A stretch of DNA of 64,000 nucleotides from an uncultured Alphaproteobacteria bacterium (GCA_963703115.1 OY969788.1:855265-919264); one strand, 5' to 3'. Positions 28,275 to 38,140 are shown, counted from the stretch's first letter. Notes: generated from the sequence alone by a model not told the origin. Translations and numbers: made by a program.

Positions 28275-30254
28275 TCACGCGTCGATGTCCGCCTCATCGA
28301 TTGCCGCGGCGCGCTCCTGAATGAAATTAAAGCGGTGTTCCGGGTTCTTGCCCATCAGCTTTTCGACCAGGTCCTTGACCGGCTGGGTGCTCTCATAATC
28401 CTGCGGCAGCGTGACCTTGATCAACGACCGGCTTGCCGGGTCCATGGTCGTTTCCTTCAACTGTTGCGGGTTCATCTCGCCCAGGCCCTTGAAGCGTGCG
28501 ACCTCGACCTTTTTGCCCTTGAATTCCTTTTCCTCCAGCTCAGCGCGGTGGGCATCATCGCGCGCGTACAGCGATTTCGACCCGCTGGTGAGGCGATAAA
28601 GCGGGGGCTGGGCAAGAAACAGGTGCCCGCTGCGCACCAGTTCGGACATTTCCTGGAAAAAGAAGGTCATCAGCAGGGTTGCGATGTGCGCGCCGTCAAC
28701 ATCCGCGTCGGTCATGATGATAACCCGCTCATAACGAAGAGAATCTTCGTCGAACTTGTCGCGCGTGCCGCAACCCAGCGCCTGCGAAAGATCAGCGATC
28801 TCCTGGTTGGCGCGAATCTTGTCGGCGGTGGCGGAAGCGACGTTCAGGATCTTGCCGCGAATGGGAAGGATGGCCTGGGTCTTGCGGTTACGCGCCTGCT
28901 TGGCGCTGCCCCCGGCGCTATCCCCTTCGACAATAAACAATTCGGTGCCATCGGCATCGTCGTTGGCGCAATCGGTAAGTTTTCCAGGCAGTCGAAGCTT
29001 GCGCGCACTGGTCGCGGTCTTGCGCTTGATCTCTCGCTCGGCGCGACGTTTCAATCGCTCATCCATCCGCTCCAGCACGTTGCCCAGCAATGCTCGGCCG
29101 CGATCCATGTTGTCGGCCAGATAATGGTCGAAATGGTCGCGCACTGCCGCCTCTACGAAGCGGGCTGCTTCAAGGCTGGTCAGCCGGTCCTTGGTCTGGC
29201 TCTGGAAATGCGGATTGCGAATGAACACGGACAGCATCACCTCAATGCCGTTCATCACGTCATCGGGAATGACGTCCTTTGCCTTCTTCTGGCCGACCAG
29301 GTCACCGAAAGCGCGGATCCCCTTGGTCAGCGCGGCGCGCAGCCCCGCCTCGTGGGTGCCGCCGTCAGGCGTGGGAATGGTATTGCAGTAATAGCTCTGC
29401 GATCCTTCGGAATAGAGCGGCCAGGCGACTGCCCATTCTGCGCTGCCCTGGCCATCGGAAAAATCCTGTCGGCCAGTAAACGGGTGATTGGTGACGCACG
29501 GCCGGTCGCCCAATTGCTCGGTCAGGTGATCGGCAAGCCCGCCCGGAAACTGGAATACCGACTGCTCGGGAACGTCCTGCGAGGCCAGGCTGGGATCGCA
29601 CTTCCAGCGAATCTCCACGCCGGCGAAAAGATAAGCCTTGGACCGCGCCAGCTCATACAGGCGCTTCGCGGAAAATTTCGCGTCAGCGCCGAAAATCTCG
29701 GGGTCGGGCACAAAGCTGACGGTGGTACCGCGACGATTTGGGGCGGCGCCGACTTCTTCGATCCGGCTGGTCGCATTGCCCCTGGAAAAACGCTGTCGGT
29801 ACAGCTTCTTGTCGCGCGCCACCTCGACTATTGTCTCGGATGAAAGCGCGTTTACCACCGATACTCCGACACCGTGCAGGCCGCCCGAAGTTGCATAGGC
29901 CTTGCCCTCGAACTTCCCGCCCGAATGGAGCGTGGTCATGATCACTTCCAGTGCCGACTTGCCCGGAAACTTGGGGTGGGGATCGATCGGGATCCCGCGG
30001 CCGTTGTCGGTGACGCTCAGGCGATTGCCCACGCCCAACTCGACCTCGATGCGGCTGGCATGGCCGGCGACCGCCTCGTCCATCGAATTGTCGATGACTT
30101 CGGCCGCAAGGTGGTGGAGCGCGCGCGCATCGGTGCCGCCGATATACATGCCGGGGCGGCGGCGGACTGGCTCGAGACCCTCAAGGACCTCGATTGCGGA
30201 CGCATCGTAATTATCGGGGGCGGCGCTTTGGCCGCCGGAAAACAGGTCGGACAT
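28275..30254 (-). CDS. parE: DNA topoisomerase IV subunit B
   Basis: 659-aa ORF: GHKL ATPase (GLEPVRRRPGMYIGG, HHLAAEVIDNSMDE), Toprim (ELFIVEGDSAGGSAKQARNR, IMTDADVDGAHI). It lacks the GyrB-specific insert and C-terminal length, which favours ParE. Confidence 0.9.
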   Translation of the reverse strand: MSDLFSGGQSAAPDNYDASAIEVLEGLEPVRRRPGMYIGGTDARALHHLAAEVIDNSMDEAVAGHASRIEVELGVGNRLSVTDNGRGIPIDPHPKFPGKSALEVIMTTLHSGGKFEGKAYATSGGLHGVGVSVVNALSSETIVEVARDKKLYRQRFSRGNATSRIEEVGAAPNRRGTTVSFVPDPEIFGADAKFSAKRLYELARSKAYLFAGVEIRWKCDPSLASQDVPEQSVFQFPGGLADHLTEQLGDRPCVTNHPFTGRQDFSDGQGSAEWAVAWPLYSEGSQSYYCNTIPTPDGGTHEAGLRAALTKGIRAFGDLVGQKKAKDVIPDDVMNGIEVMLSVFIRNPHFQSQTKDRLTSLEAARFVEAAVRDHFDHYLADNMDRGRALLGNVLERMDERLKRRAEREIKRKTATSARKLRLPGKLTDCANDDADGTELFIVEGDSAGGSAKQARNRKTQAILPIRGKILNVASATADKIRANQEIADLSQALGCGTRDKFDEDSLRYERVIIMTDADVDGAHIATLLMTFFFQEMSELVRSGHLFLAQPPLYRLTSGSKSLYARDDAHRAELEEKEFKGKKVEVARFKGLGEMNPQQLKETTMDPASRSLIKVTLPQDYESTQPVKDLVEKLMGKNPEHRFNFIQERAAAIDEADIDA

Positions 30255-30389
30255 GAGGGGACAGCTATAGGCTGCCCGTCATCGCCCTGCAAAGCACTTG
30301 GCGGGGGTTATCCACACCTCGCTTCGATCCCGGCGCGATTTGCCGTTCCGGTATGCGTAACGGACATTCCATCCGCCTCCCGAAGCCCT

Positions 30390-30418
30390 CTTGAAACCCC
30401 GTCGGAAAATCCCAAATC
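30390..30418 (+). promoter_or_regulatory. candidate sigma32 (RpoH) heat-shock promoter of the Hsp20 gene
   Basis: CTTGAAA (30390-30396), a 14-nt spacer, then CCCAAATC (30411-30418). Compare the sigma32 consensus CTTGAAA-N13-15-CCCCATNT. It lies about 100 nt upstream of the Hsp20 start. Confidence 0.45.
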
Positions 30419-30424
30419 CAAGCC

Positions 30425-30521
30425 GCCGGACGCCAAATCACGGGTCTGGCGACGGGATGAAATTGGCCCGTGCGCGGCCGTTCTCCCGCCCTGTTGCTCA
30501 CTCAAGGAGGACATTAACATG
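30425..30521 (+). promoter_or_regulatory. candidate ROSE-like RNA thermometer in the Hsp20 5' UTR
   Basis: The UTR would be about 95 nt. A UUGCU element (CTGTTGCTC) lies just upstream of the SD. CCUGUUG can pair with CAAGGAGG (3+3 bp around a G-rich internal loop, 6-nt loop), masking AAGGAGG 8 nt before the ATG. Additional upstream hairpins are possible (CGCCA...TGGCG). Confidence 0.3.
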
Positions 30522-31004
30522 CGTAGCGCTATCGATTTTGCTCCATTCCGCCGTTCCAGCGTCGGGTTCGACCGGCTGTTCGACATGCTCGAAAGCCCGA
30601 ATTTTTCGAACGGCGGCGAAAATTACCCGCCATTTGACCTCATCAAGACCGGTGAGAACGACTATCGGATCGAGCTCGCGGTCGCCGGCTTCAAGGCCGA
30701 CGAAATTGACATCACTGCCCAGCAAAACGTGCTGATCGTATCGGGCCGCAAGCGCGAGGATGGTCAGGAAAAGGGCACCAATTACGTCTATCGCGGGATC
30801 GCCAACCGATCATTCGAACGCCGGTTCGCGCTTGCCGACCATATCCAGGTCCGGGGAGCCGACATGAATGACGGCATGCTGCAAATTGACCTTGTGAGGG
30901 AAATCCCCGAGGCGATGAAGCCGCGCAGGATCGCGATCGGCGGTGCCGAAGAAGCCAAGACGATCGAGGCCAAGGCCGAAAACCGCGAAACCGCGGACGC
31001 CTGA
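30519..31004 (+). CDS. Hsp20/alpha-crystallin family small heat-shock protein (IbpA-like)
   Basis: 161 aa: FAPFRRSSVGFDRLFDML, YPPFDLIKTGENDYRIELAVAGFKADEIDI, YRGIANRSFERRFALAD and GMLQIDL. Confidence 0.9.
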   Translation: MRSAIDFAPFRRSSVGFDRLFDMLESPNFSNGGENYPPFDLIKTGENDYRIELAVAGFKADEIDITAQQNVLIVSGRKREDGQEKGTNYVYRGIANRSFERRFALADHIQVRGADMNDGMLQIDLVREIPEAMKPRRIAIGGAEEAKTIEAKAENRETADA

Positions 31005-31027
31005 ACCGATTACTGGCGACCAATTTG

Positions 31028-31065
31028 GCTCCGGGGTGCGCAATGCTCCCCGGGGCTATTTTTTC
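31028..31065 (+). terminator. rho-independent terminator of the Hsp20 gene
   Basis: The CCGGGG (31031-31036) / CCCCGG (31048-31053) stem is followed by T6 (31059-31064). It overlaps the 3' end of the convergent gene. Confidence 0.6.
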
Positions 31066-31502
31066 GCTTTGACGGCGCGATGGATCTCGCTGGTGAGTTT
31101 GTTATTTTCTTCGATCAGGCGATGCATCTGGTCGTTGAGGTGGAGGATCGCCTCGGCGTCCATGTAGGTCTGGTAGGCCTGGGCATCGGAGGCGCGGGCA
31201 GCGACCTTTTGGCCGACCATGATGATCGACAACAGGACCAATTGCAGGAACGTTTGGGCAATCCACGCGATCAGTGGCGCGATTCCGCCCGCAATGGCCT
31301 GTGGAAGGCTGATCAGCGCGAGGAGTGTAAAGGCATAGGCACACCACATCGTCCCCACCGCATTGGTGATAGCAAGGGCGATGCGGCTGTTGAGCGTGTC
31401 CTTCTTGGGTTCGGGCTTCTGCACTTCGCGTGAGCGATGCATCATCCATTCCCGCGCCCGCACCAGCGGTCCGTTCGTTGCGGCCCCTTCGCTCATTGCC
31501 AT
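31056..31502 (-). CDS. hypothetical membrane protein with C-terminal coiled coil (DUF1003-like topology)
   Basis: 148-aa ORF with two TM helices and a charged helical tail (LNDQMHRLIEENNKLTSEIHRAVKAKK). The family assignment is tentative. Confidence 0.5.
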   Translation of the reverse strand: MAMSEGAATNGPLVRAREWMMHRSREVQKPEPKKDTLNSRIALAITNAVGTMWCAYAFTLLALISLPQAIAGGIAPLIAWIAQTFLQLVLLSIIMVGQKVAARASDAQAYQTYMDAEAILHLNDQMHRLIEENNKLTSEIHRAVKAKK

Positions 31503-31634
31503 CCCCTCAGGCTGATTGACGAATATCCAGCATGAAGCGCCAAGTGGCGCACCGCCAGCCCGAAATTCGCCTTTTGAAGCAAATGAGTGATGCGATGATG
31601 CTGGCCGACGGCCGAAGCGATCGACCCAGCGGGA

Positions 31635-32348
31635 TTAGCGGACCCTTGGACCACCGAACGGCAACGGCGGCGGCGGGCGCCGGTCGCGCCGCGGAAGCTG
31701 CGCCTGATAGGCTACTCCGCAATGCGCGACGCAATAGGGATAGCCGGGGTTCGCGGGCTGGCCGCAGAAATGGAAGTCCGGTTCACCGGGATGTCCCATG
31801 GGCCACTTGCAGATACGGTCATTGAGGTCGAGCAGGCTGGTCTTGTCGGCGACTTCAGGGCTCGGCTTGGCAGGGACCAGGCGGCGCGGGGGAGCTGGCG
31901 GGATCGGTGCCTGCTGGTCGCCCGGACCCTGGCGAATGAAGCCGCCCGGACCGATTGAGCGATATTGCATTTCAGGACCGCTGGGCTTGGTCGGCGTAGC
32001 CTGCGAGGCGGAGGCCTTGTCACCTTTTGCTTCCGGTTCGGCAGGGGCGGGCGAAGAAGCGGGTGCAGAAGACTTGGCCTTGGCAGCCGGTGCAGGGCGC
32101 GGCGCGGCTGCAGCCGGCGCTGCCTTCTTGGCTGATGCCCTGGTAGCGGCAGGGCGGGCCGAAGCCTTCTTGGCCTTGGCTTCGCCGCTCTTGACCGGGG
32201 AGGGGCGCTGCTCGAGCCCCAGGCGGTGTGCCTTACCAATCACCGCATTGCGGCTGACTCCGCCAAGGTCGTCGGCGATTTGGCTGGCGGTGGAGCCAGC
32301 GGCCCACATCTTCTTGAGGCGGTCGATGCGTTCTTCGGTCCAGGACAT
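31635..32348 (-). CDS. gcrA: cell-cycle transcriptional regulator GcrA
   Basis: MSWTEERIDRLKKMWAAGSTASQIADDLGGVSRNAVIGKAHRLGL, then an Ala/Pro/Lys-rich linker. The conserved C-terminus is CKWPMGHPGEPDFHFCG...YCVAHCGVAYQ. Confidence 0.9.
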   Translation of the reverse strand: MSWTEERIDRLKKMWAAGSTASQIADDLGGVSRNAVIGKAHRLGLEQRPSPVKSGEAKAKKASARPAATRASAKKAAPAAAAPRPAPAAKAKSSAPASSPAPAEPEAKGDKASASQATPTKPSGPEMQYRSIGPGGFIRQGPGDQQAPIPPAPPRRLVPAKPSPEVADKTSLLDLNDRICKWPMGHPGEPDFHFCGQPANPGYPYCVAHCGVAYQAQLPRRDRRPPPPLPFGGPRVR

Positions 32349-32450
32349 AAGTCGTGCGCTCTCCGGCGGAAAATTCTAAACATGCCCGGGGGCCTTGCGG
32401 CTCGACGGGTCGCTTGCGGCGGTCGGCGTTAGCCGATAGTCGCTCTTTAA

Positions 32451-33305
32451 GTGAACGACCAGCCCCACATTCCCCAAGCCAACGCCGACCCGGTATCGTG
32501 GGTCCGCAGCGAACCCGGCGTTCCGGTTCTGAAGGGCGTCAATTGGGGTGGGCTCTCCACCCTTTATATCAAGGAGGTGCGGCGGTTCTTCAAGGTCCAG
32601 CTCCAGACTGTCTGGGCGCCGGCCATTACCACGCTCCTGTATCTTGCCATTTTCACCATCGCACTGGGCCGCGCCGGACGGACCGTCATGGGCGTTCCGT
32701 TCGCCGACTTCATCGCGCCGGGCCTGATCGTCATGGCAATGATCCAAAATGCCTTCGCCAATGCCAGCTTCTCGCTGCTGGTGGGCAAGATGCAGGGCAA
32801 TATCATCGATTATCTGATGCCGCCGCTTTCGGTCGGTGAATTGATTGCGGCGCTGGTCGGCGCCTCAGTGACGCGCGCTTTCCTGGTCGGTGGCGCGGTG
32901 TGGCTGGCGATGGTGCTGTGGCCCGGAGTCCATGTCGCCCCCAAGTCGATCGGAATCAGCTTGTGGTTCGGGCTGATGGGCGCGCTGATGCTCAGCTTCA
33001 TGGGTCTCATCACCTCACTGTGGGCGGACAAGTTCGACCATGCCGCAGCAGTCGGAAATTTCCTCGTCACTCCGCTGTCGCTGCTGTCCGGAACATTCTA
33101 TTCCGTCGACACCTTGTCACCGACGTTCCGCGCGATCAGCCACGCCAACCCCTTTTTCTACATTATCTCGGGATTTCGCGCAGGGTTCCTGGGCGTTAGC
33201 GATTCGCCGCTCCTGGTCGGCGGACTTTCGCTTTTGGGGCTGAACATCGTCCTGTGTGCGGTGTGTTACGCGCTGCTCAAGAGTGGCTGGAAGATCAAGA
33301 GCTGA
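32451..33305 (+). CDS. ABC-2 type transporter permease
   Basis: 284-aa ORF (GTG start) with six predicted TM helices and ABC-2 family features (YIKEVRRFFKVQLQTVWAPAITTLLYL). No cognate ATPase gene is adjacent. Confidence 0.75.
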   Translation: MNDQPHIPQANADPVSWVRSEPGVPVLKGVNWGGLSTLYIKEVRRFFKVQLQTVWAPAITTLLYLAIFTIALGRAGRTVMGVPFADFIAPGLIVMAMIQNAFANASFSLLVGKMQGNIIDYLMPPLSVGELIAALVGASVTRAFLVGGAVWLAMVLWPGVHVAPKSIGISLWFGLMGALMLSFMGLITSLWADKFDHAAAVGNFLVTPLSLLSGTFYSVDTLSPTFRAISHANPFFYIISGFRAGFLGVSDSPLLVGGLSLLGLNIVLCAVCYALLKSGWKIKS

Positions 33306-33484
33306 CGGTCGCTTGTTAGCGATCGGGAAAGCGCATCTCACCTTTGCAAAGCTGCCGTTTCCCGCCGCGCGGATCGCGTTATCGCCGTGCGGTTAACCCG
33401 TTCACCTCAGTGAACAGGGGGTGACGGGAACATTCAGCAATGCCTCAAACGTTCTCCTCCATATTGGCAGGGTAGAAATGGCTC

Positions 33485-33914
33485 ATGAAGAGGAGAGACG
33501 ACATGCGCAAACTGACCATGGTTTCCCTTGCAGGTGCAGCCGCGGGTTTCGCGGTCGCTACCCCTGCTTCGGCGCAATATTACCAGGTTCGCCCGATGCC
33601 GCAGCAATACAGCTACGGTTATTCCAACAACAGCCGGACGGCGGTGCTTGGAATGAAGGCCCGAATTCGACGGAATCCAGCAGCGCATCGGCTATCTTTA
33701 TTCGCGCCGGGCAATCACGCGCGACGAATATAACGGCCTGCGCCGGGAATCGAACCGGATCGAAGCGCGGATCGCGCGTTATGCGCGCTACGGGATCAAC
33801 CCAGCCGAAGCGCAGGACGTCGATCGCCGGATTTACAAGCTCGAGGCGCACATCGCGCACGAGGTCAATGACGGCAATTACTGGAAGAATCGCAACCGCC
33901 CCCGCTGGCGCTAG
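33485..33914 (+). pseudogene. secreted protein of unknown function, paralogue of 33951..34520, frame broken by a 1-nt indel
   Basis: The signal peptide and AQYY start are in frame 2 (MRKLTMVSLAGAAAGFAVATPASAQYYQ...). The C-terminal 82 codons are in frame 0 up to TAG 33912-33914 (EFDGIQQRIGYLYSRRAITRDEYNGLRRESNRIEARIARYARYGINPAEAQDVDRRIYKLEAHI). This part aligns with the downstream paralogue. The junction is at the C3 run 33660-33662. Confidence 0.6.
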
Positions 33915-33950
33915 CAGCGGACCCTGAATTCCCTTTGAAAGGACAATATC

Positions 33951-34520
33951 ATGCGTAACCTTGCACTTATTCTCGCTGCTGCCGCTGGCAGTCTTGCGAT
34001 TGCCGCTCCGGCTGCCGCGCAATATTATCCGGCGCCCCAGTATCCGGTCTATCCGACCCAGGCACCGGGCTATGGCCAACCCTATGGCTATAACCAGGCA
34101 TACGGCACCCAATCGCCGTGGCTCTATAATTTCCGCGACAATCGGTACGCGGGGATGATGCAGCAGCGGGTGAGCGCGCTTCGTAACGACATCCGCAACA
34201 TGGGGATGCAGCGCATCCTGTCGCGAAGCGAAACTCGCACCCTCGATCGCCAGGCCGATCGCATCCAGCAGAAAATCTGGCGCTATTCGCAATATGGGGT
34301 CGGCGCATACGAAGCGCAGTCGATCGACCGCCAGGTCAACAACCTGGAACGTCGTATCATGCGGGCAGCAAGTGACTGGAACGTGCGTCCGGGCGCCCGC
34401 CGCTACAACCCGTACGATTACAACCGCTACCAGGGCTATTACGGCAAGTCGAACAAGCGCGACCGTGACCATGACGGCAAGATCCACCGTTATAAAGACA
34501 AGGGCCGCGATCGCGACTAA
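33951..34520 (+). CDS. secreted protein of unknown function (Tyr/Pro/Gln-rich N-terminus, helical repeats, highly charged tail)
   Basis: 189-aa ORF with signal peptide MRNLALILAAAAGSLAIAAPAAAQYY and a C-terminal KRDRDHDGKIHRYKDKGRDRD. I recognise no family. Confidence 0.65.
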   Translation: MRNLALILAAAAGSLAIAAPAAAQYYPAPQYPVYPTQAPGYGQPYGYNQAYGTQSPWLYNFRDNRYAGMMQQRVSALRNDIRNMGMQRILSRSETRTLDRQADRIQQKIWRYSQYGVGAYEAQSIDRQVNNLERRIMRAASDWNVRPGARRYNPYDYNRYQGYYGKSNKRDRDHDGKIHRYKDKGRDRD

Positions 34521-34674
34521 TCGCGGTTAATCGCCTGACCAATGAAGCGCCCCGGGACCAAAGCGGCTCCGGGGCGCTTTTCCTTTGCGCCGCGCCCTTC
34601 TATATGGGCGCGGCTGCGGGGGCAGCCGCCTCCCACCAGTCACGAAGATTCGCCGTCAAAGGAGCCGATTCCCC

Positions 34675-35860
34675 ATGGCCATCACGCCACTCATGCCCGT
34701 CTATCCGCGTTCGCCGGTCCGCCCGGTAAGGGGCGAGGGAGTTTATCTGTATGGCGAGAATGGGGAGAAGTATCTCGACTTCGCAAGTGGCATTGCGGTC
34801 AATATCCTGGGTCATGGCCACCCGCACCTGACCAAGGCGATCCAGAAGCAGGCGGAGACGTTGATCCACGTCTCAAACCTATACGGAAGCCCGCAGGGGG
34901 AGCATTTCGCACAGCGCCTGGTCGACCTGACCTTTGCCGACACCGTTTTCTTCACCAATTCCGGCGCCGAGGCGGTGGAATGCGCGATCAAGACCGCGCG
35001 CCGCTATCATTTCGCCAAGGGCAAGCCCGAGAAGCACAACCTCATCACCTTTTCCAACGCCTTTCACGGGCGGACGATGGCGACGATCAGCGCGACCGAC
35101 CAGGCCAAGCTGCGCGAAGGTTTCGCGCCCTTGTTGACGGGCTTTACAGTGGTCCCTTTCAACGACCTCGACGCGGCGCTGAATGCGGTTGACGAACATA
35201 CTGCCGGGTTCCTGTTGGAGCCGGTGCAGGGTGAAGGCGGGATCATGCCCGCGACGAAGGAATTTCTCGCCGGTCTGCGTAAGGCGTGCGACGAAAAGGA
35301 TCTGATGCTGGTGTTCGACGAAGTGCAGTGCGGGGTCGCGCGCACGGGGCAACTTTACGCTTACGAGCATTATGGCATCGCGCCCGACATCATGGCGTCC
35401 GCCAAGGGCATCGGCGGCGGCTTCCCGCTTGGGCGCCTGCCTTGCGACCGAGAAGGCGGCGGCGGGAATGGTCGTCGGCACCCATGGCTCGACCTACGGC
35501 GGCAACCCGCTGGCGATGGCCGCGGGGGAAGCGGTGTTCGACATCGTCGCCGATGACGCGTTCCTGGCCGGGGTGCGCGAAAAGGGCGAGCGGCTGCGCA
35601 ACGCACTCGAACAGATGATCCCGAACCACGACAAGCTGTTCGATCACGTCCGCGGGCTCGGCCTGATGCTGGGGGTCAAGATGAAGACCGACCCGCGTGC
35701 CTTTGTCACCTATTTGCGAACCCGCGGGATCCTTGCGGTCGCGGCCGGCGATAGCGTTCTGCGCATCCTGCCGCCGTTGACGATCGAGGAATCGGACATT
35801 CGCGAGTTCGTTGACGGGCTGAGCAAGGCAGCGGCGGAATATGAGATTCCGCAGGCCTAA
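34675..35860 (+). pseudogene. argD: acetylornithine/succinyldiaminopimelate aminotransferase ArgD, frame broken by a 1-nt indel
   Basis: The N-part comes from the ATG at 34675 ([67 protein letters not shown]). The C-part is in ORF 35372..35860 ([31 protein letters not shown]). The frames join at GGG 35431-35433; one G fewer restores LGACLATEK. Confidence 0.88.
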
Positions 35861-35916
35861 TCAGCCGCATTGCGGCGGGGATTGAGCGCAAGCTGAGCCG
35901 CCACTATCTAGCGGCC

Positions 35917-36822
35917 ATGCCTTCAGATACTTCCAACCTCGACGTCGCGCTGAGCGTGGCGATCCCGTCGCGCGATGCTCGTGGACGGCTGGTTCGCCTT
36001 GGGCCTTCGCTCGATGCGATTCTCGGCGCGCATAATTATCCGCCACCGATCGAACAATTGCTGGGCGAAGCCCTGGTCCTGACAGCGTTGCTTGGCTCGC
36101 TGCTCAAGGAAGAAGACGGCCAGGTGACGATCCAGGCTCAGACCGAAAACGGGATCGTCGACTTGATGGTGTGCGATTATTTGCGCGGACAATTGCGTGG
36201 CTACATTCGCCATGACAGCGAGCGACTTGCCGAAGCAGGGCCGCACCCGTCGCTGTTCTCGCTGTTCGGCAAGGGCTATCTCGCGATCACCTTCGACCAT
36301 CCCAAGATGGAAGAACGCTATCAGGGTATCGTGCCGCTGGAAGGCGCGAGCCTGGCCGAAGCGGCGGAGAGCTTTTTCGCTCAGTCCGAGCAAATCCCCT
36401 CGATCGTCCGTCTTGCGGCGGGAAAGCGCGATGGCGCGTGGGTTGGCGGCGGCCTGCTGTTCCAGCACTTGCCCGAGGGCGAAGAGGGACGTGAGCGGCT
36501 ACATACCCGCCTCGATCACCCCCAGTGGCGTGAGGTCGCGATACTTGCCGGGTCGACCAAGGAGGAGGAACTAACCGATGCTGGTCTGAGCCTCGAGGAA
36601 ATCGCGTGGCGATTATTCCACGAGGAGGACGAGGTTCGCGTTCTGGGTGGCCAGCCACTTTCGCGGGGATGCCGCTGCGATCCGGAATATGTCCGTTCGG
36701 TAATCGCCCGTTTTCCCGAAGCGGAACGGGCCGAGATGATCGGCGAAAATGGCAAGATCACGGTCAATTGCGAATTTTGCTCAACCAGTTTCGGCCTTTC
36801 CCCGGACGAACTTGCGGGCTGA
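35917..36822 (+). CDS. hslO: Hsp33-family redox-regulated chaperone
   Basis: 301-aa ORF with the C-terminal zinc centre CRCDPEYV...NCEFCSTSF and Hsp33 core motifs. Confidence 0.9.
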   Translation: MPSDTSNLDVALSVAIPSRDARGRLVRLGPSLDAILGAHNYPPPIEQLLGEALVLTALLGSLLKEEDGQVTIQAQTENGIVDLMVCDYLRGQLRGYIRHDSERLAEAGPHPSLFSLFGKGYLAITFDHPKMEERYQGIVPLEGASLAEAAESFFAQSEQIPSIVRLAAGKRDGAWVGGGLLFQHLPEGEEGRERLHTRLDHPQWREVAILAGSTKEEELTDAGLSLEEIAWRLFHEEDEVRVLGGQPLSRGCRCDPEYVRSVIARFPEAERAEMIGENGKITVNCEFCSTSFGLSPDELAG

Positions 36823-36857
36823 CTTCCCGCTCTGGATTCGTTAATCGAGTGCCCGTT

Positions 36858-37250
36858 ATGACGAAGTTTATGCGACGCTCTACGATATTTGCAGGCCTCC
36901 TGGCCTTCCCACTGGTGGCCGCAGCGGCCCCGCTGGTGTTTGCGGACGCCAAACCTGGCCTGTGGGAATTGTCCGTTGCAGGAAGCGCGAAGCCGCCCAT
37001 CAAGGTGTGCGTCAAGAACATCCTTGAAGTCGCTGCGGTCGAACATGGTGCGCCGGGCAGTTGCACCTACCGCGACCTGGGTGGCGGGAACACCACCAAG
37101 CGGGTCAATTTCACCTGTTCGGGCGGCGGATTCGGTCAGGCCGTCATGACAGTCATTACCCCGCGCAATCTGAAGGTCGCTACCCAAGGATTGGTCGACG
37201 GCGCGCCATATAATGAGAATTTTCAGGCGCGCCGCCTGGGGGATTGCTAG
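36858..37250 (+). CDS. DUF3617-like secreted protein
   Basis: The ATG at 36858 gives signal peptide MTKFMRRSTIFAGLLAFPLVAAAAP followed by KPGLWEL, typical of DUF3617 as I recall it. Confidence 0.6.
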   Translation: MTKFMRRSTIFAGLLAFPLVAAAAPLVFADAKPGLWELSVAGSAKPPIKVCVKNILEVAAVEHGAPGSCTYRDLGGGNTTKRVNFTCSGGGFGQAVMTVITPRNLKVATQGLVDGAPYNENFQARRLGDC

Positions 37251-37437
37251 CAGCCGCGGGCGCTTCCTTGTTTTGCGATTAAGCCGCCGTTTATCCACCT
37301 TCGCCTAAAGCTGGGGCGTGCCGTTTTACTGGCATGCATTCTTCCCAGCCGGGCGATGCCCCGGCTCCTGGGCCGCTCGACCAGTCTGGTGGGCGGCCCT
37401 TCTTTTTGTTCGCGCGATTGCCTAGAGGCGCGCTGAA

Positions 37438-38140
37438 ATGACGCAACAACCCACTTCTTCCGCCAGGCGCGCGGTCGTTCTTCTCTCGGGCGGGCTCGAC
37501 TCCATGGTGTGCGCGGGTCTTGCGCGCGAATCCGGCTACGAGATCCTTGCGCTGACAATCGATTATCACCAGCGCCACCGGGTCGAACTTGAAGCCGCCA
37601 GGCGGATCGCCGCGACCATCGGAGTCGCGCGCCACGTCGTCCTTCCGCTCGACCTCTCGGTGTTCGGCGGATCGGCGCTGACCGCCGATATCGCGGTTCC
37701 AAAAGGCGGAGTGGGAACGGACATCCCGGTCACCTACGTACCGGCCCGCAATATCGTATTCCTGCTCGCTATGCGTAGCATTTGCCGAAGCGGTGGAGGC
37801 GCACGACGTCTATATCGGGGTAAACAGCCTGGATTATTCGGGCTATCCCGACTGCCGCCCCGATTTCATCGCCGCGTTCCAGGCTGCCGCCAACCTTGGC
37901 ACCAAGGCGGGTGATCAAGGTCATGGCTTTGCGATCCAAACCCCACTTCAATATCTGACCAAGGCAGAAATCGCGCTGGAGGCCGAGCGCCTGGGGCTCG
38001 ATTCCGGCATGAGCTGGTCGTGCTATGACCCGACACCGGATCAGCGTCACTGCGGACTGTGCGACAGCTGCCGCTTGCGCAGCGCGGGGTTCGCGGAAGC
38101 TGGACTTGCAGATCCGACCGACTACGCGGCGCGACCATGA
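37438..38140 (+). pseudogene. queC: 7-cyano-7-deazaguanine synthase QueC, frame broken by a 1-nt indel
   Basis: The N-part has AVVLLSGGLDSMVCAG and YVPARNIVFL. The C-part is in ORF 37793..38140 (AEAVEAHDVYIGVNSLDYSGYPDCRPDF, CYDPTPDQRHCGLCDSCRLR zinc site). The frames join between 37771 and 37783, which includes a T3 run at 37781-37783. Confidence 0.88.

Noticed and set aside
28131-29843. 570-aa ORF on the plus strand opposite parE
   Set aside because: A shadow ORF antisense to a well-supported topoisomerase IV B gene, with no family features.
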